Positions 11,205-24,815 of a stretch of 64,000 nucleotides of DNA are shown here, in pieces. The translations under genes and the position numbers were made by a program. The notes under the pieces are model-generated. The model did not search any database. It was not told the origin of the DNA and saw only the letters and a program-made list of their open reading frames with translations. Position 1 is the stretch's first letter. Every line of letters begins with the position of its first letter. Source of the stretch: Tubiluchus corallicola (Eukaryota; Animalia; Priapulida); assembly GCA_030141605.1 (NCBI GenBank), contig JAQGDQ010000119.1:1-64000 (forward strand), written 5' to 3'.

Positions 11205-11774
11205 CTCTTTCTCTACGGAAGGCGGCACACCGCCACACGAGCTCAGCACTAAGCGCAGTTACCCAGGTCTGTCTATTTCACTACTTCGGCCATGCAAAAA
11301 CATTGTAAAAAAGTTTAACAGCCGTGGGATTGTGGTTGCTTTGCAACAAGTAATCCTAACCAACCAATGTGAAGCCAGGTATATACCACAATACTGTATT
11401 GTATAGTATGTTCCCACGCAAAATCACTTGTAGATCGTTGATGAAACGTATGTTTAGTTGATTGTTCTGCATTCTTATAAAATGGTTGTATATTATGGAT
11501 TAGTAATATGACTTTTGTAATAATTGGCTTTTAAATATAAGTGCGTGCTTATATGTGTGGGAGTGTGCGTGCGTGCATGCATGAGCACATATATGTGTGC
11601 TCGGATGAGTGTGCATATGTATAAATAAAAGTAATATTTAATGTTAGTGTTTAATAACAAATGGCTATTTGTTTATTTACAAGATTCTGTTTTAGTAACA
11701 CACCACAAGAAGTTATTGTCAACTGTGCACAAGGCAAAGCTGCTCTGTTATAAAGCAACTATGTAGTGAAAGGG
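11205..11774. mobile_element. piggyBac-like MITE
   Basis: TTAA on both sides; TIRs CTCTTTCTCTAC / GTAGTGAAAGGG. Confidence 0.7.
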
Positions 11775-12371
11775 TTAAATTTTGCCATAGATGAATCACA
11801 GAACAGTCATACAAGTGTTAGAAAATTTTACTCTAAAGGTTAATGAATTAAAAGATAATTATTAGATGAGTCATTTGTGAATTTATGACTCATTCAGAAT
11901 CGATCATCTTTATCAAAATAACATTTTGATTACATGATAAACATATCTTGTACTCAACTTATACATATAATAGACTGTAGGCCTACTGCTCCATTAATAT
12001 TTAAAAAAAAGGTTAAATCATAACTACAACCTTCTTACTGGTATTTGCTTAAATGATTCTTAAAAAACAAGCAAATATCACGTTTCCTACGGCGAAAAAA
12101 TCCATGTGTTTTCTGTCGGTCGCTATTATGACTGCCTGATGCATGTTGACAATAATATCAGAGCTATCGATCCTTTACTATTGTGACTGTATGATGTATA
12201 GTACAGCTTCAAAACACTAAAAGCAAGGTAACATGCATTACTGTACATGTCAAGTGATGTCTGGTCAGCATAGATGACTCAGTAGCCTCGTACAGTAGCA
12301 TAATATCAAGGTTACAAGGTCACAAGGTCACTAATTAACATTGATTGTTTATATTTGTGATTTACTTTTAG

Positions 12372-12535
12372 CATATCAACACATAACAAAGACAATTGAG
12401 CTCAGTAGGGTGCACCTGTTTGACATAATCACACAGTACAGGGCGATATTTAGTGACGAGGACCCACTTTTATCAACGACAAAGAGCGACATCGTCGCAG
12501 ATAGTGCGATATTTTTCGGCTGGTTGAATCAGAAG
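12372..12535 (+). CDS. COG8: COG8 exon
   Basis: (P)[33 protein letters not shown]; tttag| and |gtggga; phase 1 to 0. Confidence 0.93.
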
Positions 12536-12668
12536 GTGGGACATTTTAAACTCTGTTATCCGTAGCATCTGCATTGTTCTACATTCTAGGTTTATCACTT
12601 TTAATTCGATTGTAATCAGTAATCAGTCAGTTTTCAAAAAATCCTATTATTTATCTGTCCCTAATTCA

Positions 12669-13359
12669 CAGATGGGTGGATAGCAGATTTGCAGCCATGC
12701 GGTTATGGAATCCGCACTAATTTTGCGGATTTGCGGATTGCAAATACTGAATTATATGCGGGCATGCAGATTGCTGATTTTTAGTGCCTAAAATTGCAAA
12801 TTTTATGCGAAATTGCAGTATACAAAAGCCACTTGTGTAACGTAAATTTTCAAGTGTTGCACAAAAAGTTTACCCAATTTCAGTTTGTTAAGCATTCCCT
12901 TGTGCATTAAAAGGCTTGTTGCAACATTAAACGCCTTTCATCACTAGTTTATTTTAAGATGTCCTCATAGCCTCTTGCTTTTTTGCTGCTTCCTGATATT
13001 TTACCTGGAAATTCCCAGATGCAAAACATTGCTTATAATTGCAAATATTGTAGTTTTTTACTCCAGCCTATTATGGTTTGTGATGTGATGTGATGGGCAT
13101 GATGTGATTGAGTGATGTACTATGTGGCCTACATCGTGCTGTGTGAGTCGTTGCTGAAGGTTACAAGCAAAATTGGGGTCTGGCTAGTGATTTATTATTG
13201 ATTCCTGATTATAACTCCTAGCTTCATACAAAGACGATGATTATAGGGCACATGCAAAAAGCCTAGTTAATCTGCTGCCGATACGCGGATATTCAATTTT
13301 CACTTAATCCGCGGATTTTGCGGATGCGGATAAATGAGAAAGTGATAACCGCCCAATTG
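12669..13359. mobile_element. hAT-like MITE
   Basis: Ends CAGATGGGTGG / CCGCCCAATTG with GCGGAT/ATCCGC subterminal repeats at both ends. Confidence 0.5.
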
Positions 13360-13646
13360 TCTTTTTTCCAAAAGTTAGTCACTTTGGTTGTCACTTATCA
13401 AAAATGAGACATGTGTCATATGTAATAAAAAATTGCCAAATGTCAAAATTGTCGTTTTTTGTGTTTTGCAAAAACATTAAATTTACGCGTCAAAGTTTAT
13501 TGCTTTAGAATGACAGACAAAGAGCTTATTAACTTCAAAGATTCATGCTGTATGGCTTAGAATGGAAAAGTTTGAGGAACATAATCCTAATAACATGCAC
13601 ACTGGTAGCTCAGTGGCTCGTTAGATTATTGTTTTACTGATTCCAG

Positions 13647-13846
13647 ATTTCCAACTTTCTGGCCACTCTGAAGCACGATCTGGAGCAGGGTGTGGGGGGA
13701 CGATTGGACTCGGTCCTCGGTCAATGCATGTACTTCGGTTTGTCTTTCAGCCGCGTGGGTGCCGACTTTAGGCCGCTCATTGCACCTCTGTTCCAAGAGG
13801 CAGCTGTACGAGGTTTCCGCCATTCGGCCGAGCAAGCGGCTAAAAG
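13647..13846 (+). CDS. COG8: COG8 exon (frame absent from the ORF track)
   Basis: [50 protein letters not shown]; ttccag| and |gtgatc; phase 0 to 2. Confidence 0.93.
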
Positions 13847-14559
13847 GTGATCCTGTTTCTTTTATGTTTTTGTACATTTGGCTTGTCAAGTTTCAGTAAC
13901 TTATAAGTAATTGTGTGCTTGCAAACCAAAATCGTCCATAAGTCAGCATAGGTAAAACGGCATTATGATGCTTCAAAGTAATATGCACCAGAAATTTAGT
14001 CAAATGTCAGTTTTTTGTTTTTTTGTAAAAACAAATGCCAAGTATATTGGACTTTTATGTTCTAGCATCAAATTATCAAGAAAATGTTTAAAAAACGTAA
14101 TTTTATAACCCCATATCCACTTTTCTGACTAGAAACTAGTTCTTCAATCGTAAAAAGCTGGTATTTTCAAACACTGATATTATCTCCCAGATCTTCGCCA
14201 GAAAGAGCCATCTACTGGATTTAAACATCAATATGTTCTTCCAAAGTCCGTAGCAATCAACATTTGTGCGGTTGCTAAATGTTTTGTAGAAACGCGACAA
14301 AAAACAATGGCTAACTTTAACAACGATTTTCTCAAGGTTATGGTTTTTCAAGATGTAGCATGCACCTCAACTTCAACGTGGATTATCTCACTTTAACAAT
14401 GCCATAGAGCAATGAGCTTGGTATTAAAATGATCCTCATGAAATGGACATTCAGGACGTGTGAATAACTAGAGAAGTTTAATGCTGTCTTATGGATGATT
14501 TTGCTAGGCGAACACATATATGGTTGTTTTTGTGGCCCCATTCTCTAAAAAAATCTTGA

Positions 14560-15170
14560 CAGTTTGGTATTTCACTTATCTTAAACTATAACTCAAAACA
14601 TTGTACCCGATAAAACATTGAAAGGGAACACGCTATACTTTTTCGGGAATGACTTACGTGAAAGAATTATTACCACAGATGGTAATTTTGCATTCGCGCC
14701 ACTAGTTCTACGCTGCTACATGCGTTTCGCCATTTGTTAGTTAGACGGGTGCTTGCGCCTACATCTCGGAAACGTGTTGCACAAAAAACAGTTGCTGTAC
14801 TTCATAGTGTTCGGTCGTGATGTGATGCACATGTTCGAGAGCTCATGTGTGAGCATAGCGATAAACCTCAAATTTTAATTTTAAACTTAAAATTTGCCGA
14901 ATTCTTGTGTATCACACTGAATGTTGTACAATAGCACTGTGCTTCAATCTTTGCTTTTGCAAACACGTGCAAACACGATCGTGGAATGTTTTTGCCGTTG
15001 AAAATTGTGTTAGTTTGTGATGTCGTCAGTAGTTTGGCTAGCACACCATTACTTAAGCTTTTAACCTATTATTTAATCATCAGAAATGCTTTGCCATTAT
15101 TATAGGTGTTAAAATGTACTCTTTTTTACCGTACTTCAAAATGGAGTACGAGTCGTTCTCTTTTCTTTTA
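14560..15170 (+). mobile_element. Family A copy, diverged
   Basis: Colinear with 46438-47054. Confidence 0.7.
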
Positions 15171-15212
15171 CAGGAAACGTAGTATTGTTTTTTTATACTT
15201 TTGTACTTGTAG

Positions 15213-15485
15213 GTTCGACCAGTCAATGCCTTCCTTTACTTTAGCTATTGGATCAGCGGCCTACATGTCTAACATTCTGACAGGTGGCAGCACGTCTGCA
15301 TCAGAAGCTTTGCACCCGCCTCCATCTTTGTTAGAATTTCAGCCGCTTGCCGTTTACTGCAACAACATACTGACAGCTTTCAACGAGCTACGCTTGTGTG
15401 CGCCAGTTTCCGTTGCACACGAGGTGGCGCTGTCTCTACAAAGTTCACTCATCCGGGTAGCAGATGCTATACTCATGTATCATAG
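15213..15485 (+). CDS. COG8: COG8 exon
   Basis: LHPPPSLLEFQPLAVYCNNILTAFNELRLCAP; ttgtag| and |gtatgt; phase 2 to 2. Confidence 0.93.
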
Positions 15486-16410
15486 GTATGTTTACGTCTA
15501 GTGACGTATCTAACAGAGCAGTACTTCGTGGCTTTGCTGCCATATGGTGCATAACTTTATGGTAGTGCATTCACTAGGGGTGAGCATTCTGTACTAGAAA
15601 TCAAATTCGAGTCGAATCGAATTTGCGACTTTCGAATTCGAATCAAGCCAAATTTTATTGTTTCGAATTCGAATCGAGTTTGAATGATTTTCGAACAATT
15701 GTAAAAGGTTACAAAAATTCCCAGATCTTCGTCAGAAAGAGCTATCTACTGGATTTAAACATAACATCAGTATGTTCTTCCAAAGTCCGTAGCAACCAAC
15801 ATTTGTGCGGTTGCTAAGTGTTTTGCAGAAACACGACAAAAAAATAATGGCTAACTTTAACAGTGATTTTCTCAAGGTTATGTTTTTCACTGCGCAGCCT
15901 GCACCTCAACTTCAACGTGGATTATCTCAGCTTAGAAATAACATAGAACAATGAGCTTTGTACGAAAATGATCCTCATGAAAGGAAGATTCAGGATATGT
16001 GAATAAATAAACAAAATTGCCGACTTATGGAAGTGGATTTTGATATGCAAGTGCGCATTTAATGAACCTCGCCTGACGGCCAGCCTCGCCATAGCGCCAT
16101 ATTTAGTGGTGTCCCAGACCTGGCGTTATAACGAGGTTTGACTGTATTCGTGCATTCGTTAATTATTTATAATGTTAGTATCAAGAACCAATCATTGTAT
16201 TTGCCTTGTAAAGCGAAGGTCCTTGGTTCAAATCCAGTCTGTGTTCGAACTTTTTTGCTTCTGCTGCTTGTAAAATTTGGTTTCAGCATCCAGTTAATTG
16301 CGGCTCTGTATCATCATGTGAGTTTGTCAGTGGTATTTTGAAGCCAGCATAATTTCACCATTTTCAATATCCACAACTTTCAGCTTGACAGAAGCTGGAA
16401 AGTGCAGTTT

Positions 16411-17560
16411 GTAATGCTGTAATGATACACCTAAGTCACGATACTAACCTCATGATACAATATGTATCGCGATACTAGACTCACGATACGATATGTATCA
16501 TAATACTAACCTCACTATACCATATGCATCACGAAACGATATGTATCACGATACAAGCCTCTCGTTAAGATATGCATCACTATACTAACCTCACGATACG
16601 ATATGTATCATGATACTAACCTTACGATACGATATGTATCACAATACTAACCTCACGATACGATATGTATCACAATACTAACCTCACTATATGATATGTA
16701 TCACGATACACATTGAGTTAACGGCTTCAATAAAAAAACTAAATTAATTTGTTGCTTAATCCAATGTGTGTGTGTGCGTGCGTGCGTGTGTGCAAGTGTG
16801 TCTATGTGCGTGTGCGTGTGTGTTCAGCCTATGTCCACTGTATACAATGCATAATTTAAAACGTATGCATTCACACGTTCTTATAAATAGGCCTGCCATA
16901 ATATTTCTCTCAGTCAACTCCTTTGTTCTGATGAAGGTACCATAAGCTAAACATTTAAATTACATTAATGTTGAAATGTAACTGCTGTGTGTGTGTGTTT
17001 TCCTATATATATATTAGATTTATCAAATTATCTTAAGATTGCTAAGTGCTAAAATAATCCAGTAAACTGTTTGATTTCTGTTTATACTCTGGTGTAGTTT
17101 GCATTGTAAGCCATCAGAAATGCAAAACAGTTCAATCCTTTTGATTTAACGTGTAGTGGTGCATTTTATAGTCCACATTTACTGCAAGCCATTTCAGAAA
17201 CTTACAAGCAAAAATGTAATTAGCTTACTATACATTATATAAATATAAACACGTGCTTTCAACCACTTTGCTTTGGATAGCTGCTAGCAGCAGTTCTGCT
17301 GCGTCAAGGTCAAGTCTGCTCCTCTGCTAATGTTGCCCTCACTGTACCGATTGTGACCTTGGAGTTAAACTCTGTTTTGTTACATATCTACAGCACATTC
17401 TACAGCTGTAGCTAGAATTATTTCACACTATTTTTAGCAGTGGACTGTCAAGCTTATGCTAAATATCAATGATTCAGATTATCAAGATACTGGCTCACTT
17501 TGACGATACACATATCATCACAAAAGTTATCACATGCATAGATGTATCATTGCAGGCCTA
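16411..17560. mobile_element. hAT-like element with a 31-bp subterminal tandem array (~16435-16710)
   Basis: Left GCTGTAATGATACAC and right GATGTATCATTGCAGGCCTA are inverted; unit CTAACCTCACGATACGATATGTATCACAATA. Confidence 0.55.
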
Positions 17561-17706
17561 GCAGTTTGTGTGATAATTAAGAATTTCAATTACATACTAT
17601 TAAATGCAGCTATTGCTGCAGAACTGTAAAATAAACTTCGTCTATTCAGATCCGGACAAAGCAGAAGTATAATAACCTGTTTCAAAACCACCTCTTTTGC
17701 TTGCAG

Positions 17707-17875
17707 AGCTGAAGAGAGCTCGATGACCGATCGTGAGCGTGATCGGTTCTCGGCGATGTGCGGAACTTTTGTCCTGGAATTGCTTCCGTACTTTTCGTCT
17801 TGCCTGAATGCCGTTTTTCCACAATCTACCACGGCACAAATACTAGGAGTTTCAATACACGACCTCTCTAAATTG
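17707..17875 (+). CDS. COG8: COG8 exon
   Basis: AEESSMTDRERDRFSAMCGTFVLELLPYFSSCLNAVFPQSTTAQILGV; ttgcag| and |gtaagt; phase 2 to 0. Confidence 0.92.
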
Positions 17876-18155
17876 GTAAGTAGCAATTATGGAGAGAAAA
17901 CGTTAACTCGTGCATTCTCTTAAAGGAAAGATAAAAGCTACACTGATTGTATTAAGAAATATTGAAATCACCACGTAATATTTGCTTGTAAAACGCCTTG
18001 GTTAAAAACCAGAAGAAATTTAAATTATTCTTGTCACATGCCAAATGAACCTCGCTGTGGGAATATGTGAAAAAATGGCGCGGGCTAATGGACAGCATGA
18101 ATGCACTTGTAGCACAACTTCTTCAGTTCACTCAGAAATTCTGCTGTCCTAGCTA

Positions 18156-18758
18156 CAGTAGGGACCACTTAATAGACTCACTTTGGGACCGAAGTGTTTT
18201 GACCCAATTAACCCACTGAACCTATTAACCGACAGAAGTAGTGTTACTAATAGAGAAGTATGTATCATCAACTTAGTATGCACTGCAAATGTTGTTTCTG
18301 TAGTATTACTATACCTGTATGATGGCTGCATCTTTGAGTGTTAACTGATAGCGTGAAAGTTTGATTTGAAACCACAGCTTCAAAAGGAAACCACTAGACA
18401 AGTGATTGAATGTTTAGCTTCCAGAAATTCTTTAAGTAACAGTGGGTGAGCGGGTAACAGATTCAAAGCAAAACCGTTACGCTAGCATACGGTACTTAAC
18501 ATGATTGTTTCTATGTATATTATAGTACGCAAAAGTGGACTAAGATGACATAAAAGTAATAAAAGCTCATTGGTCACAAACAAGAATCTTATTTAAGCAC
18601 GTGAAGTAAAAATATTGAGTCAATTATGCAGAGTTATTTGAGTCAATTGCAGATAGTTTTTATGTATATTTGAATAGAAGCAGCCCATGCCAGGCATTTT
18701 TGAGTCAATTAAGCGATTGAGTCTTTTTAACTGTGAGTCTAATAAACAACACCTTCTG
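18156..18758. mobile_element. pogo/Tigger-like MITE, complete relative of 4934-5287
   Basis: TA|CAGTAGGGACCACTTAATAGACTCAC ... GTGAGTCTAATAAACAACACCTTCTG|TA. Confidence 0.75.
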
Positions 18759-20943
18759 TAATTAAATCTTTGTGTTTATGTAAGAACTAACTGTCACATC
18801 AATTAGTAATAACTTCCAAGCGTTTACATAGCATTATCCACACGATTATACTTTAAAGTGCATGCTACACATATACAATTACAGATAAGTATGGAATTCT
18901 GCAAGAGTTCTGCAGAGTGCTGGGCAGGTTAGATTTTGATTCAGATTTATTTGTTCATCCAACCAGCACAATACAACAAAATACAAGTTATACAATTACA
19001 AGTTAACGGTGCATTACAGTGCTATGAGCACAGCAGAAGAAATTAACTTATAAGCTATGCTTAACATGGATAAGACTTAATTAATGACATAAACAACAAC
19101 AAAATACGTTAAATGGAGCGAAGCAAACAGATGCGAGAAAAGGATAATGACGATGTTGATGATGGTGATGATGATGATGATGATAATGCTGACAACGATG
19201 GTGATATTAATGTGATGACAATGGTGATGGTGATGACAATGATAATGAATTGACGCTAATAGTGATAATACGGCAGGATCGATGATTTAAACCAAGTTAG
19301 TCATTTTTGCATCTGCTACAAGAATTGTGTTAAAATATTAAACTATAAAAAAAATATAAGGATGAATGTGTTATTTTCAATTACAGAAATTAGGCCCATA
19401 CGACTCAAGAAACTTAAAATTACTTAGCTTATAGAGTTTAGATTTCACTTGGTAAAATAATTAGTCGACTATTTCATTACTTAGTCAACATAAACTAGTC
19501 GAGTTGAAACTTACTATACTATCGTCATTAACGAGTTTTCACTAAATAGTCAGCAATTGGATTCATCAAAAAGCAAAAAAAAACAGTTTTTACAAATTAA
19601 TCTTTCTTTTAACATTTTGGATTGTTTGCAATTGATAATAGTAACTCAGAACAGGTGACTCAAGCACCTGGCGAAGCGTTTAGATTGCACAGTAACCGGA
19701 TGACGCCATTCTTCGTTCAAAATGAACTTTCACAAGCCTGACTCAAAGTGTGTCCCTAGGCACAACGTTAAATTTATTTTACTCGTTACGCGAGGCGCTT
19801 ATCACAGTTTTATTACTGAAACTTTCTAACATTTTTCTCAAATATTAAAATAAGCTCAACTTCCCAAGAGACTTGGTTTTTACTTTAGTGATTTTAAACA
19901 TAAAGACAGAATGGTGATAAATCATAGGTATCATTTTTCTAGTTGTTCTTGCATTGTAAACATTTGCTGCGAGGTATGTTGCAGATATCATAGTTTAGTA
20001 TATAAATATAAACTAATTTACTCTTTTGATATGAAAGTAGCTTGCTGAGCATTTGTTGATATGAAAAATTAACATTGTTGAAGAACCACCACAATTGCCA
20101 CTAGCCTCACTAGTACTAGTAGTGATAGTAGATAAAAATAATCCTTTACCCCAAATTTGTACACCTGCAGAAAAAAGGAAATGGAACAAACTAACCATTA
20201 AAAAACATATCAAATCTTGATGCGCTGACTTTCAATTTAGCCCCATGAACAAATTTCCATAAGCTGGAAATTCTAGTTATTCATATATCCTGAATCTCCA
20301 TTTCATGAGTATGTTTTTGATACCAAGCTCATTGCTCTATGTTATTTCTAACCTGAAATAATCTACGTTGAAGTTGAGATGCAGGCTACACACTGAAAAA
20401 CATAACCTACAGAAAATCATTGTTAAAGTTGCTCCATTGTTTTTGTCATGTTTCTACGAATCACTTAGCAACCGCACGAATGTTAGTTGCTATAGACTTT
20501 GCAAGAACACAATGAAGTTATGCTTTAATCCAGTAGATGGCTCTATTTGACGAAGATTTGGGCTTGGTAACAGAAAAAGTGCGAAGTAAAATGACTGCTT
20601 CCAGTAGCTACTATCAGAGTTTGAAAGTACAAATTTTTTACATTTGCAGTACTAGTTTTTAGCCAAAAAAGTGTGTATGGGGTAATAAAATTAGATTTTT
20701 AGTATTTTTTGAATATTTTCTTGACAATTTGATGCTAGAATATTAAAGTCCAATATATTTAGTACTTGTTTTTATAAAAAACAAAAAATTGATATTTGCC
20801 CAATTTTTTGGTACATTCTACTTTGAAGCATCATAACGTAATTTTAACTGTGCTGGCTTACAGATGATTTTGGTTTACAAAGACACAAAAGGAAGCAATT
20901 TTGATTTTGGTGTTTTTTAAGAAACTCATCAATAATGTTTCAG

Positions 20944-22548
20944 GGCAATATTGGAATGCTAGACCAAGACTTGATTGCAGAACCGCTAAAACCGTTCTTA
21001 CCATCACAAACTGATGTTGGCATTACATTCAGCACCTCTGAGAGAGGAGGAGATTCGGGGGAAGAAACCAAAATTTCCCCTCTGAAACGTTTGTCTGAAT
21101 CAGCAGAAGTAGTATTGACTGAGAAAACTATGGAGGAAACAGCCACAGATACTGGTTCAAAAATTTTGAAAAATAGTACGAAGTTTGACATAGAAGAAAC
21201 TAAACTTTCAAAGGAAAGTGTACTTTCTGGTGTTGACTGCACGACATCGACTACCGAATTTAAAGACAAAAGGATCGAGGCTGTCGACAATAATGACAAG
21301 ATTATTGCTGTAGCAGATACTTTGCTGGATGGTGGTGAAAGTTTACCAAATCATTTAGAGACAGATATCACTGTAAATGCTTCTGAATCAGTTGAGCAAC
21401 CATGTGTAGAAACGGAAATTGATAAGAATGCTTCTGAATCTGTCGATCAGCCACGTGTAGAAACTGAAACTGATAAGAATGCTTCTGAATCAGATGAGCA
21501 ACCATGTGTAGAAACTGAAACTGCTAAGAGTGCTTCTGAATCAGTTGATCAACCACGTGTAGAAACTGAAACTCCTAAGAGTGCTTCCGAATCAGTTGAG
21601 CAACCATGTGTAGAAACTGAAATTCCTAAGAGTACTTCTGAATTAGTTGATCAACCACGTGTAGAAACTGAAACTCCTAAGAGTGCTTCCGAATCAGTTG
21701 AGCAACCATGTGTAGAAACTGAAATTCCTAAGAGTACTTCTGAATTAGTTGATCAACCACGTGTAGAAACTGAAACTCCTAAGAGTGCTTCCGAATCAGT
21801 TGAGCAACCATGTGTAGAAACTGAAATTCCTAAGAGTACTTCTGAATTAGTTGATCAACCACGTGTAGAAACTGAAACTCCTAAGAGTGCTTCCGAATCA
21901 GTTGAGCAACCATGTGTAGAAACTGAAATTCCTAAGAGTACTTCTGAATTAGTTGATCAACCACGTGTAGAAACTGAAACTCCTAAGAGTGCTTCCGAAT
22001 CAGTTGAGCAACCATGTGTAGAAACTGAAATTCCTAAGAGTACTTCTGAATTAGTTGAGCAACCATGTGTAGAAACTGAAATTCCTAAGAGTACTTCTGA
22101 ATTAGTTGATCAACCACGTGTAGAAACTGAAACTCCTAAGAGTACTTCTGAATCAGTTGATCAACCACATGTAGAAACTGAAACTCCTAAGAGTACTTCT
22201 GAATCAGTTGATCAACCACGTGTAGAAACTGAAACTGATAAGAGTGCTTCCGAATCAGTTGAGCAACCACGTGTAGAAACTGAAGCTGCTAAGAGTGCTT
22301 CTGAATCTGTTGGTCAACCACGTGTAGAAACTGAAGCTGGTAAGGGTGCTTCTAAATCACTGGAGGAACAACAGATAGAGACTGAAACCTCTAAGAGTAC
22401 TTCTGAATCTTGGGTAAACCCTGATTTGGAGACAGACGTCATTCCAAGTGCTTCTGAATCACCAGAGGAACAGCAGGTAGAGACTGAAACCTCTTGTGGT
22501 GCTTCTAAATCACATACTGAGGCGGAAATAACCACAAATAAGGATTAA
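20944..22548 (+). CDS. COG8: COG8 terminal exon with long acidic repeat extension (534 aa)
   Basis: tttcag| then GNIGMLDQDLIAEPLKPFLP, resembling the vertebrate COG8 GNLG...IQEPL...LP end; phase 0 fits the previous exon; AATAAA at 22988 and 23200. Confidence 0.85.
   Translation, partial: GNIGMLDQDLIAEPLKPFLPSQTDVGITFSTSERGGDSGEETKISPLKRLSESAEVVLTEKTMEETATDTGSKILKNSTKFDIEETKLSKESVLSGVDCTTSTTEFKDKRIEAVDNNDKIIAVADTLLDGGESLPNHLETDITVNASESVEQPCVETEIDKNASESVDQPRVETETDKNASESDEQPCVETETAKSASESVDQPRVETETPKSASESVEQPCVETEIPKSTSELVDQPRVETETPKSASESVEQPCVETEIPKSTSELVDQPRVETETPKSASESVEQPCVETEIPKSTSELVDQPRVETETPKSASESVEQPCVETEIPKSTSELVDQPRVETETPKSASESVEQPCVETEIPKSTSELVEQPCVETEIPKSTSELVDQPRVETETPKSTSESVDQPHVETETPKSTSESVDQPRVETETDKSASESVEQPRVETEAAKSASESVGQPRVETEAGKGASKSLEEQQIETETSKSTSESWVNPDLETDVIPSASESPEEQQVETETSCGASKSHTEAEITTNKD
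21376..22344 (+). repeat. Coding minisatellite, 19 x 51 bp (17 aa), plus 3-4 degenerate units
   Basis: SASESVEQPCVETEIPK alternates with STSELVDQPRVETETPK, giving a 102-bp higher-order period in the middle. Confidence 0.96.
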
Positions 22549-24815
22549 AAAGATTATAATTGATTTTGAATCAAAGGAGAACAACATCAATGTAATTGCT
22601 TCTGAGACAGTGGCACATACTCGCATAGAAAATAAAGTCACTTCATGTATTTCCAGTTTTTTGAAGCATCAACAAGTAGAGACAAGTGTGTGCTTCCCTT
22701 TTATTGGACAACCGAAAATGAGAACCAGGGATACCAGAGGTGGCTCTATAGTAGCTAGACCAATCTGAGACAAGTGATGAACCATAGGTGTTTCAGGTGA
22801 ATTCATTAATATGTGATATTGGCTGATATATTTAAAAAATGTAATCAACTTTGAAGATGTTTGCTCATTTGTAAATTATAGACTAAGAAGCCATAATGAT
22901 GAAAGCCTTACGAACGTGCGTAATGTCTAACTGGTTTACATGAGATAGTGGGAAAAGTATTTACGTGCACTGTGTGCGCAAGTTGGCAATAAATTTTGTT
23001 TGTCCCATACATTGCTTGTTCATCTGTTTTTTTTATTTGATGTGATTGTACGACGAGTATGGAGAAAAATGATATATATATATATATATATTGTTATCAT
23101 TAAAAACCACATTGATGGAAGCCTTATCAACATAGGAATGTCCACCGACTTTATTACATGATGATAAACCATGTAAGCTTATTGAGTGCACAAGTTAATA
23201 ATAAATTTTGTTAGCTACGCTATTTTATAATTGTTGACTTGCTTCCAAGCATCTAAAAAAAATAAAAATTGAGCTGAACCTGCAAAGATGTTGCTGAAAA
23301 GAACTACTTGAAACTTGAAGCGGAACTTCAGAGCCAAAGGATCTTTATCTTTAACACTTTGTTATAGATAACACTGTTAAAGACAGTATAATAATATTAT
23401 ATGTAAGATTATAATTATATCTATGACAGTAATTATCTTAGTACATATCATTGAACCTGTCGTATCTGTGTTTGACAACATTTACTATCAGTATCATTGG
23501 AGTGCGAACTGATTATTAATAAGTTAACTTCAGTAACTGAAGAATTTTGAGATTTCTTCCGCCAGAAATTAGCAATTACGTTATTTTAAACTTAAAGGAA
23601 ATTAATAATTTGCTCAATCTTTTTTAAAATCAAGGTTTTGACAGCCCTGCTCAGCAGTGGCGGGTATTACACTTAAAGCTTTCTGCTTATACTATGAGAA
23701 ACCTTGTTGTGACATCGTGTACCACGTTGCTGTTCATTGTCAAGAAGACACTTCAAGCAAAGTGGCTAACTGGACAGTGGACAAAAGAAACAAGAAATAC
23801 CTTGTAATTTTGATTATTTTTTATTTCTCTGGTAGAAATCGTGCTGGTACAAGCCACAAACAATATACAGCTATAAACAACTTGTGCATCTTTATGGGAT
23901 TGAAAGTACCCTTTTTAGACACCTAGTTCGCTGTGTAAATGTGACTGGTCGCGAATAAAGAGCAGAATCAATTAGCTATCGAAAAATTGCAGCAATAAAT
24001 GCGTTGATGTCGTGTATTGCTGGATCAGATGACCAGTAAAATGTGTAAAAACGAATAATATTTATAGGCATTGCAGTCAAAATATAATTTTGCCCGTACA
24101 GTAAAATCCACTACTGCTACTACATTCATAAAACAATGGCAGTGTCTGTTATTTAGAAACTTTTATTCATTTGTCAAATCGTCGGTGTGGGTGGCAAGAT
24201 TTTATTTCCTGCAATTCCCGGTCACCACCGCTTCACATATAGCCTACATGATGTACGTATTCATCTTTAATTTTAATGGCACTGTTGAATGTTTAACCTT
24301 TTCATTTTATTTTACATTGCGTGGTAACTGCACTGTTAGAACATTTTTATTACTAACATTAACAATCAGGGCCAAGTTTTCGTTATATTTTCCCAGTGTC
24401 TAAAGAGATTCTTGCCGTGTCAATTTACGAGAATCAGGAGAATCGAGGTCTAAATTGCATAGTTCCAGTATGATGAATAATAATAATTGAAACAGCCAAG
24501 GTTGAATTTCAGTTTAAAATGAAAAGAAGTAATCTCTATCAGTACCAAAATCTTTTTCAGAATGTAAGTAAATAATTTATTTGTCTGTAAATGTTACAAA
24601 ATAAACAAAAGCAAAAAACTAAAGTAATGATGGAAAATAGATGGGGTGGCGAAAAAACCAAGGGTCACCAAGTCAACCACCCTATCCAAATTGAAGAAAA
24701 TTATGTGACCTGTCAAGTAAGGTATGCACAAATGAAAATAATCAGCAACTTAACAAAAAAATGAGGTAAAAAATTCCAATGAGTTTAAATTTAAAGTCAA
24801 AGTAAAGTAAAGTAG

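Noticed and set aside
16195-16250. tRNA gene (GGTTCAAATCC B-box, TGT anticodon-like loop)
   Set aside because: No acceptor stem or D-arm can be formed; at most a tRNA-derived SINE fragment.
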